Source: Rhodothermales bacterium
Lineage (GTDB): Bacteria; Bacteroidota; Rhodothermia; Rhodothermales; Bin80
Assembly (NCBI GenBank): GCA_965207385.1
Contig: CBDBLZ010000021.1
Span: 641,205-705,204, forward strand
Length of the DNA: 64,000 bases
Direction of reading: 5' to 3'
Below, one piece after another: positions 53,703 to 61,629 of the stretch; the stretch's first letter is position 1, and every line of letters begins with the position of its first letter. The translations under genes were made by a program, and so were the position numbers. Under the pieces are notes generated by a model. It searched no databases, was not told where the DNA came from, and saw only the letters and a program-made list of their open reading frames with translations.

Positions 53703-53939
53703 CTACTTGCGGTCAGAGCGAAACACTCCTGCGACATACAGCAGACGCACGAGAACAAAGACGATGCCGGAGAATGCTCCGCTTACCAGCATCCAAGGCT
53801 CCGTTCCCAGCCTACGATCTGCCAATAACCCGGCTGCGACACAGATTATCATGGTCATGGCCACCTGAATGCCAAGACTGACGTGCCGCGAGGCCGCCAA
53901 CGAGATTACACGTCCTTTTCTGGAACTGCGTTGATGCAC
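53703..53939 (-). CDS. AtpZ/AtpI-family (F0F1-ATPase assembly-associated) small membrane protein
   Basis: HVSLGIQVAMTMIICVAAGLLADRRLGTEPWMLVSGAFSGIVFVLVRLLYV; two-TM AtpZ-like pattern (G..AD...GT.PW....G...G). Confidence 0.8.
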   Translation of the reverse strand: MHQRSSRKGRVISLAASRHVSLGIQVAMTMIICVAAGLLADRRLGTEPWMLVSGAFSGIVFVLVRLLYVAGVFRSDRK

Positions 53940-53945
53940 CGAGGG

Positions 53946-54440
53946 CTACGAAGCTGCAGCCCTGGATACGTCATGGCGCAGCATGTCCAATTGCGCCACG
54001 GTTCCGCTTTCGTTGGATTCGGCCTCCCTCTTGACGATCTGGCCGCTGTGTCCCATTTGACACTCTCCATTGAACGTGGCCCCTTCTTCCACGATGAGCC
54101 TCGAAGACTTGATGGTCCCCTCGACAACAGCCGAGCTGGACAGAAACACCCGCTCTGAAACGATCAGGTTTCCTTCCACACGCCCGGCAATCTTGGCATG
54201 ATCGCTCTGAACTTCACCGTCGATGCTCCCCTCGCTGGCCACGATACAGCAACCCTTGATCCGCAGCTGACCACTCACACGGCCCGAAACTCGAATATCC
54301 GATTCCGCAGAAATGATGCCTTCGATCTGCGTGCCCTCGGCTATAATGTTCACTTTCGGGGATGCGGTTGCCGAAGTATGTCTTTCAGCCATGGGATCCG
54401 CATCTGCGCTGTTTCCAAAGAGGGCCATCGGAGTGCTCAT
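53946..54440 (-). CDS. Bactofilin family polymer-forming protein
   Basis: VNIIAEGTQIEGIISAESDIRVSGRVSGQLRIKGCCIVASEGSIDGEVQSDHAKIAGRVEGNLIVSERVFLSSSAVVEGTIKSSRLIVEEGATFNGECQMG; bactofilin repeats. Confidence 0.93.
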   Translation of the reverse strand: MSTPMALFGNSADADPMAERHTSATASPKVNIIAEGTQIEGIISAESDIRVSGRVSGQLRIKGCCIVASEGSIDGEVQSDHAKIAGRVEGNLIVSERVFLSSSAVVEGTIKSSRLIVEEGATFNGECQMGHSGQIVKREAESNESGTVAQLDMLRHDVSRAAAS

Positions 54441-54557
54441 CAGGTTTGTAAGTGTGTACGCCGCAAAATGGGGAGTGTTGCTGGGCTACCCTGCCACGGA
54501 TTGGAAGGTTCTCTGGCGTAGCGTATCCGGAATGTAGAGCGTACTTGCGACAATTTC

Positions 54558-55034
54558 CTACAAGTCCAGCAGGTAAAGGCTCGGATCTTGCGCAAGGCCG
54601 TTGTTCCAGATCTCCAGATGCAGGTGCGGGCCGGAAGAATACTCTCCCGTATCGCCGCTCGTGGCAATCGCTTCCCTTTGTCTGACCCGATCTCCTACAC
54701 GCTTTAGCAGCCGCTGGTTGTGCTTGTAGACCGACACGAAGCCATCCGCGTGCTGGACGGCGATTTCATAACCACCAGTCTGGCTCCAGTCCGCAAACAC
54801 TACATAGCCGTCTCCGATCGCGCGCACCGGCGTCCCCAGGCTTGTTGCAATGTCAATGCCGAAGTGTCCGGCTCGAGCGTCGAATCCCCGCGCCAGAAAG
54901 CCGCTCACCGGTGCCAGCGTTGGAAATTCAAGGCTGGTAAGGTATTGTCGGCTATCCGGCACCAGGAGGTCGGGAGATTCGGTCGCGGCGGGCATCTGCG
55001 ATACGGTCAGGCCGGCTGCTCGTGGTCCGGCCAA
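54558..55034 (-). CDS. M23 metallopeptidase domain (C-terminal part of a possibly frameshifted gene)
   Basis: FPTLAPVSGFLARGFDARAGHFGIDIATSLGTPVRAIGDGYVVFADWSQTGGYEIAVQHADGFVSVYKHNQRLLKRVGDRVRQREAIATSGDTGEYSSGPHLHLEIW. Confidence 0.9.
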   Translation of the reverse strand: MAGPRAAGLTVSQMPAATESPDLLVPDSRQYLTSLEFPTLAPVSGFLARGFDARAGHFGIDIATSLGTPVRAIGDGYVVFADWSQTGGYEIAVQHADGFVSVYKHNQRLLKRVGDRVRQREAIATSGDTGEYSSGPHLHLEIWNNGLAQDPSLYLLDL

Positions 55035-55546
55035 TTCTCGGATACCGAAACGGCGAAATTCTGGTCAAAGCCGGTGTCAGGCGCCTGCGGGCCATCGGCC
55101 TCGGGTTGCTGCGCCTGCTGCTCGCCGGTAAGCAGCACGCGCAGCTGTGCCAAGTATTGCTCTTGCACGGCGAGGGAATCTTCGAGAGCCGACAGCCTCA
55201 TTTCCGTTAGCGCAGCCATGCGCCGTGCATCCGATGTATAGCGCCCCGGCACCAACGCTCTCATCGGCGTATATGCCAGGAGAACGAATACGATGGCAAA
55301 GTACAGGACAAGGAATATTCCCAGTGCGACGCGCACATGATTGGGCTGGACCTGGTATAGCCGGGACTGGGCGGTCGGATCATCGTCCACGACAATGATT
55401 GTGCGCGCGGATTCCGTACGGTCCACAAGGTCGCGGGCAAATTGCCAGTTGTGGACCAAAAGCCTGATAATGGAGCCGAACACGTGTTGGTGGTTCAAGG
55501 TTGTCGCGCAGACCTGGCGCCTGGAGTGGCAGCCTGGGCCACCCAC
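55007..55546 (-). CDS. TM + coiled-coil protein, probable N-terminal part of the M23 protein
   Basis: TIIVVDDDPTAQSRLYQVQPNHVRVALGIFLVLYFAIVFVLLAYTPMRALVPG...MRLSALEDSLAVQEQYLAQLRVLLTGEQ; overlaps the M23 ORF by 28 nt in a different frame. Confidence 0.75.
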   Translation of the reverse strand: MGGPGCHSRRQVCATTLNHQHVFGSIIRLLVHNWQFARDLVDRTESARTIIVVDDDPTAQSRLYQVQPNHVRVALGIFLVLYFAIVFVLLAYTPMRALVPGRYTSDARRMAALTEMRLSALEDSLAVQEQYLAQLRVLLTGEQQAQQPEADGPQAPDTGFDQNFAVSVSENWPDHEQPA

Positions 55547-55581
55547 GGAGGGTCGACGCCAGTCCGTGTGCCTAGCAGAAT

Positions 55582-55850
55582 TTAATGGCCCTGACGCTCT
55601 CCGATCCGAGCTCGCTGTTTAGCCGACATAGCCATTCGCTGCGGCGCATGTGCAACTCCTGGCGCCAGATTGCAGATGAAAGCCGCACGTGAAGCGTACC
55701 GCGCTTGACCCAGGTTTGGTCCGTCACACTGTTGATGCTGGCCCCTGCAATAGCAGACCACGCGTTGACTATGCGGACTTCCTCGATTCCCTTGCGCAAT
55801 CCGAGGTGATCGATCGCTGCGCGGATCGCGGTGCCAATGTGTTGCGCCAT
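55582..55850 (-). CDS. DUF721 / DciA-like protein
   Basis: AQHIGTAIRAAIDHLGLRKGIEEVRIVNAWSAIAGASINSVTDQTWVKRGTLHVRLSSAIWRQELHMRRSEWLCRLNSELGSESVRAIKF; DUF721 pattern (V...W..I.G......T......G.L.V...S..W..EL). Confidence 0.85.
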
Positions 55851-55951
55851 ACTCTATGTCCGGGTCATCAATTGCAAACCCAATTTCGTTAAGATTCTGG
55901 CGCGCATCAACCTGTCCAAACCGCCCCCAGGCTTGGGCGTTCACGAACCCC

Positions 55952-56947
55952 ATGGGTAGTACGGTACAGGCTCCTTGCGGGCGCTACGCTCCATCACCTA
56001 CCGGTCCATTGCATGTCGGCGGGGCGAGGACTGCGCTTGCAGCGTGGTTGTCTGTACGTGCAGCGGGAGGCACCTTCCTCTTGCGGATGGAAGACCTGGA
56101 CAGCCTCCGAACGGTTCCGGGAATGGCTGAAGACATCTTGGAGGACCTTGCGTGGCTGGGTATCGACTGGGACGCTGGTCCTGATACGGACGCGTCCTTC
56201 GTTCAGTCCCGGCGAGCAAGGATGTATGAGGAAGCCCTTTCGTCCTTGTGGGCACAAGGCAGACTCTTTCCCTGCACACATTCTCGCAAGGACTTGCGCC
56301 GCCTGGCGACGGCTCCCCACGGAAGCCCGCTCAGTCCACCATATCCGGCCGCACTGCGTCCGCGGCGACTTGCGCCCGACTGGTTCAGGCATTACCAGGA
56401 CGGCCAGACATCCCTTCGATTCAAGGTGTCCAGCAATCCTGTCATGTTTGTGGACCGCGTGCACGGCACGGTGTGCGAATACGTCTCGGAGTCTGTGGGA
56501 GACTTTGTCGTCAAGCGGCGTGACGGCGTATACGCCTATCAACTGGCAGTCGTGGTCGATGACCTTAAGATGGGAATTACCGAAGTGGTGCGAGGCCACG
56601 ATCTCATCACTTCGACGGCCCGGCAGATCCAGCTCATCAAGGCGCTAGGCAGCGCACAACCCGCCTATGCCCACGTCCCACTGGTCGTGGCGCCTGACGG
56701 CACTAAGCTCTCCAAGCGGCACGGCAGCCTTGCCATACGGGCGCTGCGTGCGGAAGGTGTGCGCGCCGGTGACTTGGTCGGCTATCTGGCGTATTCACTA
56801 GGGCTGCGCGCTGAGCCATCGTTCTGTCGTACAGCTGATCTGGTGGCCGAGTTTTCCTGGCAGCGCGTGCGCAAGGACCCCTGGGTGCTTCCAGACGGTA
56901 CTTTCGCCCGGGAGGGTGTCACGCGGCACCGTGTTACTTCGGCGTGA
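55952..56947 (+). CDS. gluQ: Glutamyl-Q tRNA(Asp) synthetase
   Basis: GRYAPSPTGPLHVGGARTALAAWLSVRAAGGTFLLRMEDLDSLR...FVVKRRDGVYAYQLAVVVDDLKMGITEVVRGHDLITSTARQIQLIKAL...GTKLSKRHGS; short length. Confidence 0.92.
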   Translation: MGSTVQAPCGRYAPSPTGPLHVGGARTALAAWLSVRAAGGTFLLRMEDLDSLRTVPGMAEDILEDLAWLGIDWDAGPDTDASFVQSRRARMYEEALSSLWAQGRLFPCTHSRKDLRRLATAPHGSPLSPPYPAALRPRRLAPDWFRHYQDGQTSLRFKVSSNPVMFVDRVHGTVCEYVSESVGDFVVKRRDGVYAYQLAVVVDDLKMGITEVVRGHDLITSTARQIQLIKALGSAQPAYAHVPLVVAPDGTKLSKRHGSLAIRALRAEGVRAGDLVGYLAYSLGLRAEPSFCRTADLVAEFSWQRVRKDPWVLPDGTFAREGVTRHRVTSA

Positions 56948-56979
56948 GCGGTCGCGACATTCGGATGAGAGGCACTTGA

Positions 56980-58371
56980 ATGGATATTCGACTGGTCAGC
57001 ATATTTGCAGCAGGGCTCCTGTTGCCGACCGCAAGCGAGCTGGCAGCTCAGGATACCCTCCATGTGGGGCTTCGGGATGTCATCGAGAAGGCACTTGGAG
57101 CCAGTCCGGAGGTAGGCAGCCTGCGGGCGGACCATGGCTTCGCTGAGGCGCGTAGCGAGCTGGCGCGGGCCGGACGTTTCCTGACGGAGTTCAGCAGCAG
57201 CAGCGCTCTTTCCCTTGCGCCCGGCGTGAGCAACCCCAACGGCGTAGATCCCCAGGCCCTTTATCTGGATCCAGCGGTGCGCAACGACTTTTCCAGCTTC
57301 GCACCGTTTGCATATGCAGATGTAAGCCTCGTGCAGCCGCTGTACACGTGGGGACGCTTGGGTGCGAGTCTCAATGCCGCGGCCCACGGAGCCGATGTGG
57401 CGGCGGCTGCGGTAGCCGCAAAGGAGCGCGAAGTAGCGCTGCGCGCTGCCGAACTCTATTTCAACGTGCTTCTGGCAGAAGACTTCGTGCGGCTGACCGG
57501 CCGGGCGGGAGATGTCGTCGAGCAGGCGAAAAGCGAGATCGCCCGGCTGCTGGAAGAAGGAAGTCCGGATGTTGACGAGGCCGAGCGCTACCAGGTTCTG
57601 ATAACGGAGCAGGAATTCGGTCGCCGGGTAGCAGAAGTGGCCGAGCAGCGCCAGGTTGCGTATGCCGGGCTTCGACGCCAGCTAATGCTGCAAGACTGGA
57701 TGACGCTGGTCCCCGCAGACAATGCCCTGGAGCCACTGACATTTGAATTGGACGATCTGAGCTCGTATCTGGCGGCGGCACTCGAGCGGCCGGTGGTGCA
57801 ACAGGCTCGCGCCGGTCAGGCAGCCCGCAATGCACTGGTGCGCGCGGCACGGGCAGACTATTTCCCCCAGGTGGTGCTGGTTGCCTCGGCCAGCATTAGC
57901 GGAGCGGCCGGCCGATACCGTCAGCCCAATCCGTATGTGAGCGACGGGTTTCGAGCTGCGCGTGCACGCACAGGAGTCGGCATCCGGCAGAAGCTGAACT
58001 TCGCCCAGACCCGGGCAAAGGTTGCCCAGGCTCGCGCTGAACTGGAGGCAGTCGATTACAGGCTCCAGGCGGCGGAACAGTTCGTATTGTTTGAAACTGA
58101 AGCGGCGTGGCGCGAGGTTCGAGTCAAGCAGGCCGCGCTGGTGGCCCAGGACTCTTCCTTGGCCATTACCAAGGAGTGGCTTCGCGTGGAATACATCAAT
58201 TTCGACCTGGAACTAGGCGACACGGAGAATCTGGTCAAGGCCGTTAGGGCAAACCTGGAGCTTGAAGCCCGTTACCTGGAAGCCGTACGCGATTACAACA
58301 TGGCTGTGTTCAGGCTACTGGCTGCTGCCGGGCTGCTGCGAACCGGAGGCGCCGCAATCCTGTTTGAATAG
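56980..58371 (+). CDS. TolC-family outer membrane efflux protein
   Basis: Signal peptide; VSLVQPLYTWGRLGASLNAA...; two coiled-coil repeats with ARAELEAVDYRLQAAEQFVLFETEAAWREVRVKQAALVAQ. Confidence 0.9.
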   Translation: MDIRLVSIFAAGLLLPTASELAAQDTLHVGLRDVIEKALGASPEVGSLRADHGFAEARSELARAGRFLTEFSSSSALSLAPGVSNPNGVDPQALYLDPAVRNDFSSFAPFAYADVSLVQPLYTWGRLGASLNAAAHGADVAAAAVAAKEREVALRAAELYFNVLLAEDFVRLTGRAGDVVEQAKSEIARLLEEGSPDVDEAERYQVLITEQEFGRRVAEVAEQRQVAYAGLRRQLMLQDWMTLVPADNALEPLTFELDDLSSYLAAALERPVVQQARAGQAARNALVRAARADYFPQVVLVASASISGAAGRYRQPNPYVSDGFRAARARTGVGIRQKLNFAQTRAKVAQARAELEAVDYRLQAAEQFVLFETEAAWREVRVKQAALVAQDSSLAITKEWLRVEYINFDLELGDTENLVKAVRANLELEARYLEAVRDYNMAVFRLLAAAGLLRTGGAAILFE

Positions 58372-58391
58372 TCTACATGCACTAGGAAAGA

Positions 58392-59000
58392 ATGAAGTTT
58401 CCCTGTGGCCGACTGGCATTGGTCTGTGCGGCGTGTTCCATATTCACGGCCTCGGCGATGGCGCAGGGCTCTGCCAGCGAGGTTCGGCAATTCCTTGAGC
58501 AGCGAGACCTGCAGATCAAGGCCGCGATAGAATCGCTTGAGACCGAGGACTCAAGCGAAAGCCGCGAGCGTGCAGCCAAACTCATAAACGAGCGCATCGA
58601 CTTTGCTGAAATGGGCCGGCTGGCTCTGGGCCCACATTTCGTAGACCTGTCAGCAGCGGACCAGGAACGCTTTGTTTCGACTTTTGCGGCGATTGTGAGA
58701 TCGCAGGCCCTTTCAGATCTCAGCGTCTACCGTGCGAGCGTGACGTTCGATTCTGTGCGTGTAACGGGACCGACGGCCTTTGTGCGAACCCGTGCAAATG
58801 TGTCCGGGACGACGCTTGAAGTCGACTATTTGCTTCACCGCCAGGAGGATGACTGGTGGCTGTACGATATAGTTATCGACGGCGTAGGAACGGTCGACGG
58901 CTATTCCGTCTCCTTCCGGAGTTATATCCGCAAGCGCGGCTTCGAACGGTTCATGCAGAGCCTTGAGAACCGGTTGAGCAGACTGGGCCAGCAGCCCTAG
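58392..59000 (+). CDS. MlaC/Ttg2D-like ABC transporter auxiliary periplasmic protein
   Basis: LINERIDFAEMGRLALGPHFVDLSAADQERFVSTFAAIVRSQALSDLSVYR...VDYLLHRQEDDWWLYDIVIDGVGTVDGYSVSFRSYIRKRGFERFMQSLENRL; MlaC-family pattern. Confidence 0.88.
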   Translation: MKFPCGRLALVCAACSIFTASAMAQGSASEVRQFLEQRDLQIKAAIESLETEDSSESRERAAKLINERIDFAEMGRLALGPHFVDLSAADQERFVSTFAAIVRSQALSDLSVYRASVTFDSVRVTGPTAFVRTRANVSGTTLEVDYLLHRQEDDWWLYDIVIDGVGTVDGYSVSFRSYIRKRGFERFMQSLENRLSRLGQQP

Positions 59001-59062
59001 CGCAAGGGCGCCCCAGCGTAGGGGGGTGTATCTTTCTCGCGTTGCTTTCAGCCCACTAGCAC

Positions 59063-60010
59063 GTGCCGGAAGAAGGATACGTACTGCATTCGTACGGCAA
59101 TGAGGCATACCTGCGTCACGCGTTGACGTGCTTGGTGACGCTGCGGCGGCATGACAAAGATCGTCCTGTGGCCTTGTACTGCTCCGACAGGCACCGGCAT
59201 GTTCTGCGTCGACACAGGTTGCTTCGCCTTTTTAGTCTGGTCGAAGTTCTCCCGCCGGAGCATCGCTCGATCGTCGGATTCAAGCACCATCTGCACCGGT
59301 TCATGCCATTCAACCGATGTCTTTACACAGACTCCGATATGGTCTGGTGCCGAAATCCGGATCCGCTCTGGACCCAGCTCTCCGTCTATCCCTTTACAGC
59401 GACTGGCCTTGAGCGCGCCGATTTCTATTTTGGAGGGCCAAAGAGTCTGAGCGTGATCGGGGACGTGCTGCGTAACAGGCGGCAGCGCACGCTGGCAGCC
59501 TTTGGCCTCACGTACTTGCCGCGCGTACAGGCCGGCATGATATATGCCCGGGACAATGAGAGTACGCGCAGTGTTTGTGCCGAAGCGTCCAGCTTTCTCG
59601 CGCGGCACTCTGAGACCCATTTTCGTACACGGTTCAGCGAGGGTCGCGCCGAGGAATCCTGTGAATGGAGTTTGGCGATGGCCATGAGCAGGCTGTCTCT
59701 GCCGACTTATCCGTGGTACCAGGGGCTGAACAGTCCGCAACTGGACTACATTCCCGGGATGACCAAGCACACCCGGGATTTTGAGGAGGTCTCCTGCCTC
59801 TATTATTGCGACCGTTTCATCTACGAAATCAGGGGCCTGCGCAACGAGCGCATCCGCTCTTTCCTGCTAAGGGCTTTCAGCCGTCTTTTGCGGCGCAAGG
59901 ACTGGCTTCATGTTACGCCCTATGTCCTTCACTTCAGCTGGCTACACGCCAAGCGTCCATTCCACATGCTGGCGGACAGGATATGGGCTGAATTGACGGC
60001 TTCCGGGTAA
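59063..60010 (+). CDS. Glycosyltransferase-like protein (possible GT-A fold)
   Basis: YVLHSYGNEAYLRHALTCLVTLRRHDKDRPVALYCSD...PFNRCLYTDSDMVWCRNPDPLW; DxD-like TDSDMV motif. Alternative start codon. Confidence 0.65.
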   Translation: MPEEGYVLHSYGNEAYLRHALTCLVTLRRHDKDRPVALYCSDRHRHVLRRHRLLRLFSLVEVLPPEHRSIVGFKHHLHRFMPFNRCLYTDSDMVWCRNPDPLWTQLSVYPFTATGLERADFYFGGPKSLSVIGDVLRNRRQRTLAAFGLTYLPRVQAGMIYARDNESTRSVCAEASSFLARHSETHFRTRFSEGRAEESCEWSLAMAMSRLSLPTYPWYQGLNSPQLDYIPGMTKHTRDFEEVSCLYYCDRFIYEIRGLRNERIRSFLLRAFSRLLRRKDWLHVTPYVLHFSWLHAKRPFHMLADRIWAELTASG

Positions 60011-60014
60011 GGGG

Positions 60015-61619
60015 TCAACTTCTGGTGGCCAGGTGCCAGAAGAAGCCAAACTGGTTTGCCGCTTCCTGCCAGAATGCCAGGGTCAGCAGTCCGCCCAGGA
60101 GAAGAACCACGGCAGGGTTGCATACGGCCAGCACGACCAGTGTGCTTCGACGAACCGAGCAGACCGCGCCGAAATCCAGCGTTACGCGAACGATGGAAAT
60201 GAAGGCGGCAAGTATCCAGGCTGTACCTAGCACAATCATCACCGCGCCGGCCGCGGGCGGAGCCAGCGAGGGTACAACCAGGGCCAGGCAAGTCAGTATG
60301 GGCTGCGCCCAGAAGGTCCAGGTTACAATGGTCAGGGTACCCTTGAACCTGATTGGGCTGAAGGCCGCAAGACCGGCAGCCCAGATCATTGCGATAGTGG
60401 CATTGATCAGGGCCAGGAACAGCACCAGCGGCCAGATTTGCTCCAGCATGTGCGCCGCGTTCTGCTGCAATCTCTCTGGCAGCGAGGCGATCAGGAAGGT
60501 GACGGCCGGCTCATGCCCGAGCGCTTCCAGAAGAACGCTTCCGAAGACGCCGGCGCAGAGTGCCACTACCGCAAGCGCCGGAAAGGCTATCCGCAGGCGG
60601 AGCTCCCGCCCGTCACGCAGCGAGTCGCGATAGAAGCCGTGCCTGACAAAGTAGCGGCGGAGCAGGTCGCGAAAGCGGCTGGACAGGGCGAAACAGGCGG
60701 CGAGCAGTCCGATGGTGATCCATCCCATCATGAGATTCCATGGCGTTGGCACCGGTGAGCGGCGCCCCGGAGCAAACGCGAATACGGACTGGCTCCCTGT
60801 ATATATGCCGCGGACCACGTCACGCGCAGGCCGGCCTTGCCCGGTTGCGGTAACGAGGCCGAAGCTGCGGGAGGTTGCGGGATGCAGGTCTCGGTAGCGG
60901 TAAACGAATACGGCATAAGGCGTTTCGGGCCCATCCAGCAATTGATTCAGATGGGTTTCTAGATACCGGGCCTGGGCCTGCCGGGAGGAAGGCTGAAGCA
61001 GTCCCTCGGCTCGTTCTGACACGGCCGTGCCCAGTCCCGCGACGCCGGCAGGGGTATTGCGGCGCCACCGGCCCAGATAGTCCGCGGGTGCAGCGCCCGC
61101 CGGCGTGTCAATCAATACCAGATCCACTTCGCTGGAGCAAAGGTCGTCCCGGGCGAAGGGCGACCGATAGTACGAGCGCCGGCCCGGTCGCTGGTGCAGT
61201 CGATTGGTCAGGCGGGCAAAATACTCGCAACTGCGAGGAGAGCTGGTGTCGCTGAGGCTCGCAAGTCCATAGTACCTTACCGGCGATACCCTTCCAGCGT
61301 CCTGTTCCAGGATGCCATCCAGCAGAAGAAGGGCATAGCGGAGGGTGTCACTCAGGTCCGGGGCTGAAAGATGCTCCAAGGGCAGGTCCTGAAACAGCAC
61401 AAGTCCGAGCGAGTCCGCTGCGTCAAGGATTAGCCGGTCTGTCACAAGCTCTGTGCGGACGGCATTTGCGCCTAGAGCCCGGATCTCGGCGAGGTCCTTG
61501 AGGGCCTGCCCGATGTTCGCGGGCGCACTCCACACCACTCCCTTCAGCGGCGCTTGCTGCGCGACGGCACAAACTGCCAAGAGGAAGCTACCCGCGAGAA
61601 GCAGGGCCCGATGCAGCAT
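60015..61619 (-). CDS. Hypothetical: TIM-barrel GH2-like extracytoplasmic domain fused to polytopic membrane region
   Basis: Signal peptide; LAEIRALGANAVRTELVTDRLILDAADSLGLVLFQDLPLE (GH2-like strand/turn pattern), followed by about 6 hydrophobic segments. Confidence 0.6.
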   Translation of the reverse strand: MLHRALLLAGSFLLAVCAVAQQAPLKGVVWSAPANIGQALKDLAEIRALGANAVRTELVTDRLILDAADSLGLVLFQDLPLEHLSAPDLSDTLRYALLLLDGILEQDAGRVSPVRYYGLASLSDTSSPRSCEYFARLTNRLHQRPGRRSYYRSPFARDDLCSSEVDLVLIDTPAGAAPADYLGRWRRNTPAGVAGLGTAVSERAEGLLQPSSRQAQARYLETHLNQLLDGPETPYAVFVYRYRDLHPATSRSFGLVTATGQGRPARDVVRGIYTGSQSVFAFAPGRRSPVPTPWNLMMGWITIGLLAACFALSSRFRDLLRRYFVRHGFYRDSLRDGRELRLRIAFPALAVVALCAGVFGSVLLEALGHEPAVTFLIASLPERLQQNAAHMLEQIWPLVLFLALINATIAMIWAAGLAAFSPIRFKGTLTIVTWTFWAQPILTCLALVVPSLAPPAAGAVMIVLGTAWILAAFISIVRVTLDFGAVCSVRRSTLVVLAVCNPAVVLLLGGLLTLAFWQEAANQFGFFWHLATRS

Positions 61620-61629
61620 GCGGCAAAGG

